A stretch of 28,142 nt of DNA, taken from the NCBI GenBank assembly GCA_043228905.1, contig JBHGNT010000403.1, positions 1-28,142 of the forward strand, read 5' to 3'. The translations under genes and the position numbers were made by a program. Every line of letters starts with the position of its first letter. Position 1 is the stretch's first letter. This DNA comes from Azolla caroliniana. Its lineage: Eukaryota; Plantae; Polypodiophyta. Of the stretch, positions 1 through 11,727 are shown in pieces. Under the pieces are notes generated by a model. The model was given only the letters and a program-made list of their open reading frames with translations. It made no database searches and had not been told where the DNA came from.

Positions 1-974
1 CTCATTTTTAATAAATAAGTGAGGACACCACTCACATTCTCATGGATGAGTATCTCATAGTACCGGTCAATTTTGTAGTGTATGATATCAACATCTCATG
101 GATACATTCTCAAATGCACCACTTCTTGCTGCAACTCACAGATGGATTAATTGCATAGCAATATGATTATAATCAATTGTTTATTTCGCAATAATCTTTG
201 AAACAAGACATTCATAGAAACTTTCAATACAACTGAGAAATTCATTAAGAATGGGGTGCAGGGTTTTATTATCCAATGATACATATATGGTTCTATTAGT
301 GTCAGGTTAAGAATCAAATGTCTCTATAGGTGTTACAACTAAGATTCAATATCACTCATAGAATTACAATTACAGTTTCATACTTCTGAATTTGCAGATG
401 ATCAACTGTATCCCCCATGATTCTCCAAATGGCATCGAATCGAGCAAGGACGGCAAGAATAAGTTTGGTTTCCAGCCATCCATCATCTCTTCTTGTAGCT
501 AATCAGAATGTGTTAATGTTACTTACAAGATCCACGAGTGAGTATAATCCAGACTACATATCAATTCCAATGATTCTGCAGCCTCGAAGACTTGGAATGG
601 CATGAGATCTATATTTTGATTGATGCACTAGCTTTGCTCTCATGCCTTCAGGGACTTTGCGCTCTCATGTATGTGGCAAACATAGTATATTAACAGACCC
701 ATATACTTTTTGGTTCAAGTCTTCTTATCATATTATCCTTATCGAGAAGATATGGATAGCTTTTGATAAGTTCCAAACTTGCCCCAACTTTCTTCCAAAA
801 AGGTAGATAATGTATATAGGCAATATATATCTTAGGACTTCACTATTTCTTTATCAGAGAAACATTCACAAGGCATCAAAACTTCCACTACTATTATTGG
901 CAGAAGTTTATCCACTGTTAACCCCGAATGCTTGAAACCTCAGCTTGCACGGCCATTTTTTCGTAGTGAGCATG

Positions 975-3124
975 TTAATGATTCACAACAGCTTGTGCAA
1001 TCTTCTGATGGAGATGGAATTTTTGTGAAATTAACGGTCGTACATCATCTACACCAACTAGAGACTCCAAAAATGGAAGAAGTTGTATTAGTCCAGTATC
1101 AGACTTATCATCAAACCAACTCTCAACTGGAATGCCATTGTCAACTTGAAACCCAAATGCCTGCAAAATAAAGCCAAACATAGAGCTTCATATTCTACTT
1201 TCATATAGTCAGAAGGCCTTTGGACATCATTAGTATGAATGTACAGAGTGTGTACTCCGTGACTTGCAGAGGGTGCCTTTCTAGTGAAGCAAATGCATGC
1301 AAGCGAACTATATCAGATTACATTTACATAAAAATGCATGTGCAAACTACATTGCATTCAATAATTTTCTGATGTGTTTTGAAGAAGAATTAGTGAAGTG
1401 AAGTTTTCTCAAGTTCTGCATCTCCTTATACCTGGGGAGAATTGTCGACAATCGCCACCTTGGAGAGGTCACGACCTAAGATGGTTAGATCTTTCAAATA
1501 GTTTCCATCAACAAAAATGCAAGAGTCTCGAAAAACACGATGCTGAATTAGTTTTCCTTGTGGATCTAGGATATCAAGTAACTTCTCGGCATATATACTC
1601 TGACTTGCTGTAAACACAATTATTTCAAATAATTGTGCAACTCTCTCCATAAACATATGTAAATGAGGCCTGCATCTTACATAGACAGTGTATTCCTGAG
1701 AATTGATCATTAGAGGAAAGGTAAAATCAGCATCTTCAGAATACTCCAGGGTTGAATGTATCAATGTCTCTGTAAAAATAACGACAAGAATACACACGTA
1801 AGGAAATGAATATATGTATGTATGTGTGTGTGTACACACACACACTGAGAAATGAATTAACATTGATTAAAGCGCAAAATGTACCATCAAGATCTAAAAC
1901 AAGGGTAACAGGTGGACAGCCTGCAATTGGCTTTGGTACCAAAATAGGAGGGCAGCCCAATGCTCCCACTTCAGAAAGATCAGGCAATTGTTTGATAAAT
2001 AAGTAAGGATCAAAGTCATCCAGATCGTCATTAACTTCAATTTGGGTGATAACAGGATTCCTATCCAATGCCCTAGATTGCTGTACAGCAAGGTATAAAG
2101 ATGCTTCATCTGAATTCAAAAACTCATCCTCTAGGTGATGTTCTGCCGTTTGCATCGTATACCTATTCTCAACCTCAAGTTCCCATTCCATGTATGTTGA
2201 ACCTAAGTCAAAAACTGATTGTTCCTCAAGTACTTCATCTTTGTTAGCAGGCACGGAACTAATAGGATCAATGGTCACCGCCAGAGATACATCATCTGAT
2301 ACTGATGAAGCTCCTAGATCAATTAAGTTCTTCTCAGATATTGGATCTGAGACCACGCAAACCTGGCCTTCCTTCTCATCGGGTCTAAGATCACCACAAC
2401 TGCACATATCACCACCATCTTGGATTTCAAGCTTACTTTGCACATCTTCTAGTTTCTCATTCACATCATCAGCAGCTTCAACTGTAAATCAGTTTAACGA
2501 TTGCATGAACTCAGAAACTTCAAATTGGGAAGCATTCTAAAACAAAAATAAGAAAAACCAACTAGCCATTCAACAGAAAAACATACCACTGGTTGACGAG
2601 CTGTTTGTAGTATCTCCACTGAACAAATGAAAAATGGGTGGAAAGAATGTGCTCAAGGGTGCATCCTATATAACATCAATTGAAATGTTTGAAGGTATCA
2701 TCTTGTTATATTCTGCAAAGATTAAGGTTAAGGTGTCTGAACCTTAATACTATATCGACAAATAACTTACCTCATGATCAGAAGATGTTGCATTAATACT
2801 AGAAAAGGCTAGCCTTAGGTCACAAGAAGCATCATATGGATTTCCATCAAAAACACCACATGAAATACTGTTCTTTCGCATTCTTTTTCTACAAAAACTA
2901 CGGTGCGTTGTTGATGCATTACAGGAACCTTACAAAAGAGATCAAATTCAGTTTCCATGCGAAACACTCAGAGCAAAGAGAAGAAACTGGTATTAAAAAG
3001 AAAACATGCATTCACCTTGTCGATCTTTCTTGGAGGGAGATGTAATTACAGAAGTGAGTGCAAATTTCCTGTTTTCAACAGCAGTGTCATTTCTCTGAGA
3101 ATCTTCCCTTTTCTTTCCTTTCAT
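975..3124 (-). CDS. CTD small phosphatase-like protein (SCP/CTDSPL2-like, FCP1-homology/NIF domain); 6 coding exons: 3124-3016, 2928-2771, 2665-2587, 2481-1885, 1769-1432, 1160-975 (~488 aa)
   Basis: Spliced C-terminus reads ...TLVLDLDETLIHS...VYVRCRPHLHMFMERVAQLFEIIVFTASQSIYAEKLLDILDP...RDSC...[41 protein letters not shown], the DxDxT HAD motif and typical FCP1/SCP core. All introns are GT..AG with consistent phases (total 1467 nt = 489 codons). An in-frame TAG lies upstream of ATG 3124. The last three exons are firm; the first three rest on splice signals and frame continuity only. Confidence 0.85.
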
Positions 3125-3186
3125 GTTTGTACACGCCTAAGGTCTTCAATCTCTAGTTTGCTAGGGAGAAAAATTCTCTCCGGCAT
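3121..3186 (-). other. Upstream ORF (21 aa, MPERIFLPSKLEIEDLRRVQT) whose TGA overlaps the main ATG (ATGA)
   Basis: ATG at 3186-3184; open for 22 codons to TGA at 3123-3121; lies just inside the predicted acceptor (tttgccag, AG at 3200-3199). Confidence 0.5.
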
Positions 3187-3198
3187 CTGACGAATTCG

Positions 3199-4542
3199 CT
3201 GGCAAATTAAGACAACAATTAGTTAAAAACCCAAATCTTCAGAATCAGATAAGAACATCTAAAACAAACCAATACTCTACAAGGCATGCGAGCTGAAGGT
3301 GTATTTCACCAGAAAAGAGAATACATAGGGCTTCTGAAAAACTCAATGCCATCTTACTGTCAATGTGTAATATATAAGAAGATTTATAAGGAATTACGGC
3401 AGAGAAAAAGGGAATCGTTCAGAAGGAGCTTGATTGTGCAACAGATATATCACCAAATAAAGATCTGAAAGAAAGAATAAACGCCAGATTTCTATGCAGT
3501 ACTGTAGAGAATAAAGGGAATCGTTCAGAACAACTTGCTTTGCTGCAGTGAATGTGCCATCAAATCACCGGAAAAGCGTAATAATGTGAAGAAATGAATA
3601 ATGTATTTCATTGAAACAGAAAAGAAATAGGGTTCACAAAACAGTCAAGGTCAGAAAGATGAGCAAGTGAAGGAAAATTCTGTACAGAAGACATATCAGA
3701 TTCGATTAGATTAGAACATTTTTAGCGTCCATAGGGAGGCCAATCTAAGAGAGAATTATTTGTTACATTAGATTTGGCAAAACATGACAGGACATGTCAC
3801 ACATATTTCTGTAGAATGAAGAGAATCAAACATAAAGAGGTCGTTTTGCTTCGATATGTATATGGCTACATGAAGATCTGAAAGAAATCATGTAAAACAA
3901 ATGGGTATGTATTATCGTGAAAATAAGGGGGAAATGAGTATTACAGTGAAATTAAGGAAACAATGAGCATCTCCATGAAATACCGTCAAGATTTTTTTTA
4001 AAAATCGTATGATTTATGTTGAGAAAACAGCAAATCCCTCATAAAAAGCTTGATTTATTTTCAATGGAGGTATAGTCCAACAAAAATCAGAAAGAATCAT
4101 GTTCGTATTTCAGTAAATACGAATTGAATAACTAAGGATTCTAGCACAATCAAGTTAGTTTTCCTGTATAACGGGCAAATTAGACAGATTTGAGTAGAGA
4201 AAACAGAGAATCGTTCAGAAGGAGCTTGATTTGCTTATTTATATATGTTTCTAACACAGATATCAGAGAGACCAGGTGTATCTCTGTCAAATGGAGAAGA
4301 AAAACTCAAAATGAAGAACATTACTCAGGCTAATCATCCTGTATAGAGAACCAAGGAATCCCGGAGAGAAGGAAGAGAAGAGAGGACGAGAAGAGAGAGA
4401 GAGAGAGAGAGATCGGATTGATGGAGAGTAGACCGAGGAAGAAAAATGAGGTCGATTTGTTTCTTTTTCGATTTCTGTTGAAGCAGAAAGTGAGAGTTAC
4501 AACGAATTGAATCGGAGGAAGAAGAAGAAAGGAATAACATAC
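3199..4542 (-). other. Probable 5'UTR intron of the phosphatase gene
   Basis: Donor CAG|GTATGT at 4543/4542; T-rich tract and acceptor ttaatttgccag at 3199; AT-rich interior. Confidence 0.55.
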
Positions 4543-4611
4543 CTGGAAGGAGAAGAAGATCTGGCGATGGGGCGAGATACAGAAATCGGATGGGATGGGA
4601 TGCTCTTTCTT

Positions 4612-4616
<5 letters not shown>

Positions 4617-4647
<31 letters not shown>

Positions 4648-4862
4648 GCAGGCAGAGAGGGAGAGAGAGACGCACAGAGCAGCAACAGAGCAGAGAAGAA
4701 AATGAAGAAGAAGAAGAAGAAGAAGAAGAAGAAGAAAAGGGGGAGAAAAGGAGGAGAGAATCGGCTTCTTCTTCTTTATTCAGAGTCGAGTCAAGCTCTG
4801 GGAGGACGGTTTCACACTCGTCCGGACAAGAACTCCTCCCCTCTTTTGTCCAGGGCACTTGC

Positions 4863-4895
<33 letters not shown>
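4617..4895. repeat. Microsatellite cluster in the 5' leader/promoter region: (CT)14 at 4617-4644, (GAA)11 at 4704-4736, (TG)16 at 4864-4895
   Basis: Directly visible simple repeats; they explain the spurious low-complexity ORFs at 4334-5148. Confidence 0.95.
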
Positions 4896-4897
<2 letters not shown>

Positions 4898-5499
4898 AAC
4901 ACGACTTCTTGACCGGACAAAACCACCGGACTCATTCCATTCACATATCAAGTCAATGCCTTCACTTTCCCTTCCTCTCTACTACATACAACATTTCTCC
5001 ATTAGCCTTGCCCCCTTGTTTCCTACACAACCTCCCGGTTTGTCTGTCCGACACAAAAAAAAACAAGATACCGACTCCTCCTTCACCCTTGTCTAGAAAA
5101 CAAGATACAACCTATCTCGGGTTGAATGATGCAACTTTCTCTCTTTGAGGAAGTAAACTTGGCAAACATGGCCTCGTAAACTTATGGGAAGAACTGAAAG
5201 TTCTCAACAGATGAATGCAACCTTCTCTCTCCTTGTATCTCTAGCCTCGAACAATGAGAATTCTTAAGCAACCAGCAGTAGTTACGCTAGCCACTTGCTT
5301 GTCGCCATTTTATTTTTCTTGTGCTCCATTACTTGTGATTCACCATTGGCGTACACTTACTCTAAACTAGGCCTTTATATTAAGGATTCTAGTACTTCGG
5401 GAACTTTTGTTTAATCGATCAGAGATTCGTTGTTGATGCATGCCGGAAATATATGCAAGTTCATAGGAACTAGAGGAAAGTATACATTGATGTCATATA

Positions 5500-7140
5500 T
5501 TAGGTATTTCCAAATACACAAATCTTAGACACTCGACTTGCATTCGGTAGCACTTCGTGAATGAAGACACATTTTCCTAGATCATGGCAATAACCTATTT
5601 CACGTCATTCATTTGAGATCAATCAATCCTTTCCTTTTGGATCTTACATTGTGATGTAAACATTTGAGGGTGATAAAATGAGAGTATATCCTGGTCGAAT
5701 GAGAGAACATTTTGGTGCTCTTGGGAAGGGTTTTGAGCTTTTTCAAACCCCAGTTTTGAATAAGCAAAAGTATTCAAGTTCTACATTTTGTCATTGCGTC
5801 AAACTCCAAAGGTTGTGGTGTGGATCTTCCACCATACTAATGTCTTTGAACAACATAATGATAAAAGGGATCCATCCATTTTCCTATGAAAGAAATCTAC
5901 AATCTGGTTTCATTGCTAGGATATGTGCATCTACCTAGTGGCATCAATCAAATCTCAAATGGAAAGTTGTGTTTCATTTTGTAATATTGTTAACTCCCAA
6001 TCTAATTTGCACAATTTACTTTTTGCCATGGTTGTATGTTCATTGACTTTGACATTCTTTGGTGTGCCTTTTGTAGTGTTTATTCATGTTATCAACATAA
6101 CATCTCTAGGTTCACAACTTCTCAGGATTCTTGGAAAGCAAGACTCCCTGAGTGTAAATTGATTGACTCAAAATTGCATGCGTAACTGTTTTTTAGGCAA
6201 ATCGACCCACTTGCTATATATGCACATCAATTGGCACACGGAGTTTTGGGTGACATGGCCCTAATTAATGTGATTGATTTTGTTCCTAAAGTATCCTAAA
6301 AATATAATGCGCAACATCTTGGCTAATGCAACGTGATTATTGGCTCACCTTATTCATTGCACAATAATATTGTTTATAACTAGAAATACAAACACATCAT
6401 TAGTTCTTCACTTATTATCCAGTACAAACATCCAAGAAAATATTATCAAAGCCACCTTGCTTCATGTATGCATTATGGCATTAGGGTATTGAAATTCTTG
6501 TCCATATGGTGCCTTGTCAAATATCCTCATTTTCTCTTTCACAAACAACAACTTGAACTTTTTCTTAATAAGTCTTATTGGTTGCACGCTTTATGCATAT
6601 GTGATAAACAATTAGCAATGTGTACTAGTTTCTTGGTTGGCACTATCTATGTACATCATATTTAAATGTGGCAATAGCAGATTTTATTAGAAGAATGAGA
6701 TATTGGAAACTTAGATTAAGGGTGCTTAACAATGTTTACTAGCCTCAAGCAAAGGACAAGAGACAAACATAATACCCCCATTGACACCTAGTACCATTGA
6801 ATATGGCTTTACATTATACCTTGTAAATAAGGCAATTGAAGGATCCAAAACATGTGAGCTTTGCATGGTTGACAAAATCTCAACAACATGTTGGAGAGTT
6901 TGTGTCAAAGGGAGTATTCCCTAGGCTGCTACATGCCCCTAGATTCTTATGGAATTTCCTAAGTCCTAGGATAATCGGTTTCCCATTTATCCTACCCCTT
7001 GAACCCAAGAATTGCTTCATAAGATTATGCCCATAATAGCACACTTTATGTTGTAGAAAAGCTTGCAAACACACAACTTGCTTTATGTGCAAAAAGTACA
7101 CTCGTGATTTCCACCATTACATTTAGACAGTTGCTTAGAT
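5500..7140 (-). pseudogene. Possible very old, heavily decayed gypsy-type gag/RT/RNase H remnant
   Basis: Faint minus-strand motif echoes in gypsy order: KCNGGNHECTFC (~7090-7130, knuckle-like), FEI*LMPLGRCTYP (~5916-5960, cf. VMPFGLCNAP), SQMNDVK*VIA..SRKM (~5560-5620, RNase H-like). Spacing is compressed and there are many stops. Confidence 0.3.
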
Positions 7141-7711
7141 CCTTTGGGCTTCATCATGGTGACTAACCACTTCACATACCTTCCTCAAAACATATTATCA
7201 ATGGATTGTTTGTTGAGGATATGGTGGTGGGTAGTGGATGATGATGATGTGCCCTGCAATAAGATGTGTATAGCAAAAAACATAGATATGAAACAAGAAG
7301 AGAGACAGAATATGGACGCAACTTTAGAGATTCAATGGAAGTTCTTATTCTCTCTCTCTCTCTGCAACTCTTACACTCCAAGATTCAAGATTATATTTGT
7401 TACAATGTTAGGGTTGAGCTTATATACTCAAGCCCTAGTTAGAGGATGTGTTCACACTAAGGATACAAAGTGGAAGGAGTCGGCCTTTTATGCCAACATT
7501 GTTGGCCATAAATATGTTAGCACTTCACCAGTTGCTTCGTAACATCCTAATTCAATCAAAGACATAAGAGTTCTATAAGAGGACAATTTTCTTTTTGAGT
7601 AACAAAGAGTAATGTGTGATCATTATCTCCAAGAGAGTGCCTTCTCATAGTTTTCTCTTGAAGCAAAATATTCACTTGCACCTTCGTCATTTACCGAGGC
7701 ACAAAAATTAT

Positions 7712-8144
7712 TGTTGAGAGATCAAGCTCAACTTAGTTTAGTTAGTTAGTCAACCATGTAACTTCGTAGTTACCTAGATAGAATCTAGTTAGAAGTGTTG
7801 ACTATAACGCCTTAAATAGGACCTTGTACTTAAGTGGGATATTCTAGATCCTCCACTCCCAAGTACATTTAATATAGGACTTACACCCTTGTACCTATAT
7901 TCTCCTCACACATGTGCACCCTTGCACATGAGATCTATATATACCTAATTGTGAGTATTTTTGTATTTGATGATACTAATTTAATATAGAGTTAATCATC
8001 CCCCATCTTGTGTTGTTCATAAGTGTTAACTTCCTCTCTCTTTTCCTCTCTCACACACACACACACATATCACTTAATCTTCTGCTTAGCTTAATCACAT
8101 AATTAGGCACTAATTAACCTTGCTTAATTACCTAATTCTTAACA
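7712..8144 (+). repeat. 5' LTR of copia A (433 bp)
   Basis: TGTTGAGA...TCTTAACA terminal inverted repeat (7/8 match), internal TATATATA and CT/CA tract, immediately followed by a PBS. The partner LTR is not in the window, so the left end is inferred. Confidence 0.7.
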
Positions 8145-8156
8145 TGGTATCAAAGC
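8145..8156 (+). promoter_or_regulatory. Primer binding site (initiator tRNA-Met type, one mismatch)
   Basis: TGGTATCAAAGC versus the canonical plant TGGTATCAGAGC, directly after the LTR CA. Confidence 0.85.
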
Positions 8157-8930
8157 ATGTGGTTTAAAAAATCTACGAAGCCACCCGACTCCATGCTTGT
8201 GTGTTCGAGACGCCAACGACAAAATCTAGCTATCGGCTACCGTAGTGCTGCTACATAGCATGTGTACGTGATCGAACAAAGAAAAGCAAAAGAATAGAAG
8301 AAAATAATCAAAATGAACACACAAATGGGTAGCTCGCTCCCTAGTGAAAAGCTAGACCAGAGCAATTATTCATCTTGGGAGTACAAGATGAACCAATACC
8401 TCGTCGGCCAAGGGTATTGGAGCTACATCAACGACGCTCAAGAAAATTGACCTGTCCCAAAGAATGTTGACTACTCAATATGGGGGCAAGCAGCGAGTCG
8501 AGTCATGTATTGCTTGGCAACATGTGTCCACAACCACATGCGTAGCCACATTCGAGACACCAAGAGGCCCAAAGAGGCATGGGAGAACTTAACGAAAATG
8601 TTCGCCGCCAACACGACCACCTGAAAGCTTCAACTCCAACAAGGATTGAACAACATTCGACAGGAAGACATGTCTGTGTCGGACTACACCGCCAAGATCA
8701 AGAGCATTTGCGATTCGCTTGACTCCATCAAAATAAACATCGACGAAGACGAGATGGTTCAAGTATGCTTGGGGGGCCTTGCACAACGATTCGACTCGTT
8801 GAGGACGACAATCTTTGCAAGGGAAAACCCTCGTTCGTTCTTCGACCTTCAATCAATGTTAATGGTTGAAGAGAACCATGTCCAGACCAAAACGAAGACA
8901 TCGAAAGGACAAATGTTCTTCTCAAATTCG

Positions 8931-9608
8931 TGTTGGGAGACAGGTCCCTCCGGATGGGAAGGGAGAAGAACAATGCTGATGAACAAACTCGGCCGAGGCC
9001 GAAACCGTATGAGGAGTACCCGGCTACGGAGAGCCGGATGATGCAGATCCGGTGAAGACCGGATGAGGAGTACCCGACTACGGAGAGCCGGATGGTGCAG
9101 ACCCGGTGAAGACCGGATGAGGAGCACCCGGCTACGGAGAGCCGGATGGTGCAGACCCGGTGAGGAATGCTCACCGGATGAAGAGACATATTCGCAAATA
9201 TGTTTCTGAGAGTCCATCGAGGCTATATTTGTAAATAGCTGAAAAGTCATATTAGTATAAATATGACTTAGGGCAAACTTTTTTAGTGAGTGTGGTTATC
9301 ATTTCTTGTCTGCGTGAGATCAGAGCTCGCACAGTGTACAGAGAGAGAGAGAGTGAGAAAGAGGTCGCTGCCTCTGTTGTAACCGCCGCCTATGGCGAAG
9401 ATCGTGAGCACGAGGTCGTTGCCTCCGTGAACTCACTGTTTGTACCTGTGGGCTGCCGTGGTTTTTTCCCTTAGTTTGGGTTTTCCACGTAAACATCCTG
9501 CGTACTCCTCTCTTCTTCGTGTCGTGTTTTATTTCCCATTTTCTGTGTATGATTCTAAGCTCGGTTGTGGCCAAGCGTCGTGTATAAGGAGCGCTTGAGT
9601 TCCCGACA
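8931..9608 (+). mobile_element. Solo LTR (678 bp) inserted in copia A gag
   Basis: TGTTGGGA...TCCCGACA termini, flanked by a perfect 5-bp TSD ATTCG (8926-8930 and 9609-9613); TATAAAT near 9256; no internal coding region. Confidence 0.92.
9009..9163 (+). repeat. 54-bp tandem repeat, ~3 copies, in the U3 part of the solo LTR
   Basis: ATGAGGAGTACCCGGCTACGGAGAGCCGGATG(A/G)TGCAGA(T/C)CCGGTGAAGACCGG units start at 9009, 9063 and 9117. Confidence 0.95.
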
Positions 9609-10258
9609 ATTCGGATGGTGGCCGAGGACGAGGTCGAGGCGGTAGAAGAGGTCGATTCGACCCAAACCTTCGACAACAAGACAAAAGCCATCAACGAACC
9701 TTCGGAAGAAGGGGAGCTTCCATGCCGAACAAGGTCGGCAAACGTGGCCCATTGCTTGCCACTATTGCGGCAAAATCGGCCACCACAAAGAGGAGTGTCG
9801 GAAAAAAAGAAGTGAGTCGACTTCGACAAGCCAACAACTCACAAACTACGCCAACAACTCCGAATACGACGACATAGAGTGGACTCTATGACAACTTTCG
9901 ACTCCACAAGCACCTCCAACTCGGAAGACGTGTGGTTCATCAATTCCGACGCCTAACATCACATGACATCCCACAAAGAGTGGTTCAGTGATTTGCGCAC
10001 ACTCGATCGACCCGACGTCATAGAGACCGGTGACAACACCACACATCCGATTCGACACATCGGCAACGTTCCATTCGGCAACAATGGCCAAAAGAATTGC
10101 ATCAAGAATGTCTTGCACGTGCCCACAATAATGAAGAATTTGGTCTCAGTCGGCCAAATCGTGGAGCAAGGCATGCGAGTTCGGTTCAACAACGAAGGTT
10201 GTTTCATCAAGAAAGATGGTCGACTCATAGCCAAGGGATGGAGAGACGGTCGTATGTT

Positions 10259-10700
10259 TGTTACTGATTAGGAACACGGTCTACGGTCAGTCATTCGACC
10301 TACTAGACCTCCAAGTGGTTGTGGAACAACGAATGGGGCGTCTATGCGTAATGCGTAGGGGAATGTTCCTCGTAACCTATCAGTGTATAAGGGAGACAAC
10401 TACAACCGATTCCTTAGCAATGGTTACACTTACGTTTTTTACACGCTTTGGTATTCCAGACACACAGTAGATTAGCCGTAGCTATACACAAACTTTCAGA
10501 GAAGATAGAATTCTATTACGATATGCTTCTTTACAATTCAAAATTACACGCTCCCTCTATCAGAGGTTTTCTGCCCTTTATATACGTAGGGACTATTTAG
10601 CTGTTCACGCTTCCTGCATGAACCGTTACATGCGTTATGATCTTATATTATTTCTTATTCCTACGTTCTTGTCCGTCGGTTACTATTTCGGCGGACAACA
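10259..10700 (-). repeat. Probable 3' LTR of the gypsy element (inner boundary uncertain)
   Basis: Minus strand ends ...GTAACA at 10259 and has a TATATAAAG box at ~10575-10584. Candidate TG starts are at 10630 and 10700, but neither is preceded by a clear PPT. Confidence 0.5.
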
Positions 10701-10747
10701 CTTGGCACGCTTGTGGGTCAGTGCCCTGGCACGTCGGACCCATCCCG

Positions 10748-11727
10748 TTAATCTTCTTCCAAAATGGCCCGAATGTTTGGCTTTGCTACGGTGTCCGCGT
10801 TCGGAGGCAACGTAGGGCCCGTAGGTGCATTGTGGTGCGGCTCCCCTGTTTGGTCAGCATAGTTTCTCTCGGTGTCGCAGTCGTCATGTGTGGGCGGTCC
10901 GGGTTTGGTGGGTTCTTCTTGAGCTAGCGGATTGGGCTCCGCCGTCGTCGTGCTTGCGGTCAGCCGCGACTTTGTCTCCATCGTTACTTCCTCCGTGGTG
11001 TCGGCCGTCTTTGTTCGTTCTGGGGAGTGGGGCTGCGATTCCGCCTAGCCCGCACCGTTCTCCGTGTGGTCCGATGATAGCGTGGGCTCCTGCGGATGGA
11101 GCTCCTCTTGGGCAGCAGTTTCACTGTCTGGTACTGTGGGGGACTCCGCTCGTCAGTCCGCGTTGTTCACCGTCGTTGTATTTTCTGGTGATCCGGCCTG
11201 AGGTTCCTCTTCTTCGGCCGTGCCCGAAATTGGCGTCGCGCTGGATTCCTCATTTGTTCGTGTGTTGCCGGTTTGTGTGATCTGATGAAATAGCTCCTCC
11301 TGGCTTTCACCAAAATCATCTAAGAGTTGCGCGAGTTCTTCGGAATGTTGGTCCACTAACGCACGATAGTCTTGCACTAGGTCCTTGCGTACGGCCGCAA
11401 TGCTCTCCTCCTTTAGTTTATAGAAACCTCGGCCGTCTTTTTGCCGGTTCTCCCAGTCCGCACGATACGGGTGCAATTCCGCTGCTTGGGTTACCCACAC
11501 CATCCATCCTTTGTCCAACGCTGTTTTCAATTGCGCTGTGAATTGCTCCCGATTTGTTTGGAGAAGGATACGCACGTTGTCTGTGATGGCCTGGCAACAG
11601 TTGCGTGCGTCCTCCATCGACATCTGGAGGTTTGCAAATTTCTTGATGCCTAACCGCCACCGCTTCTTCGTATGTGGTCTTCAGGCCCGCCCATAGCTGG
11701 GATTCCTTTGCGTGTTGTTCTTCTAAT
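10748..11727 (-). pseudogene. C-terminal part of the gypsy extra ORF (coiled-coil-like, then low-complexity tail)
   Basis: In frame across the removed copia B: LNNEMGKL|EEQHAKESQLWAGLKTTYEEAVAVRHQEI. A 1-nt frameshift at ~11635 leads into ORF 11153-11623, and ORF 10748-10981 is in that same frame. Confidence 0.7.

Larger units (their letters stand above)
7712..10258 (+). mobile_element. Ty1/copia LTR retrotransposon A, decayed 5' part (LTR, PBS, gag, protease); interrupted by a solo LTR and then by the gypsy element
   Basis: LTR, PBS, then gag MNTQMGSSLPSEKLDQSNYSSWEYKMNQYLVGQGYWSY from 8313, CCHC knuckle CHYCGKIGHHKEEC 9757-9798, degenerate protease VWFINSDA*HHMTSHKEWF. It is clearly homologous to element C at 24523. 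Confidence 0.88.
8313..10258 (+). pseudogene. gag-protease pseudogene of copia A (8313-8930 joined to 9614-10258)
   Basis: Multiple stops and frameshifts. Gag ...QMFFSNS resumes as DGGRGRGRGGRRGRF after the solo LTR. The protease DSG motif has decayed to NSD. Confidence 0.85.

Noticed and set aside
1-974. Short ORFs left of the phosphatase stop
   Set aside because: AT-rich 3'UTR or intergenic sequence with no recognisable motifs.
2666-2712. Longer exon using the acceptor at 2714-2713
   Set aside because: Contains an in-frame TAG and does not match the phase-0 donor at 2770; the acceptor at 2667-2666 keeps the frame.
4334-5148. ORFs of 168-213 aa on both strands
   Set aside because: Produced by stop-free microsatellites (poly-E/K/S, CV, RE runs); no domain content.
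9009-9163. Regularly spaced repeats resembling a CRISPR array
   Set aside because: Head-to-tail 54-bp units with no unique spacers, inside an LTR in plant DNA; no cas genes.
8728-9250. Repetitive minus-strand ORFs (133-153 aa)
   Set aside because: Translation of the 54-bp LTR tandem repeat, whose length is a multiple of 3.
10259-10548. Gypsy LTR ending at 10548 with AGAGGGAGCG as PPT
   Set aside because: This would leave the TATATAAAG box (~10580) outside the LTR; the purine stretch more likely lies near the transcription start.
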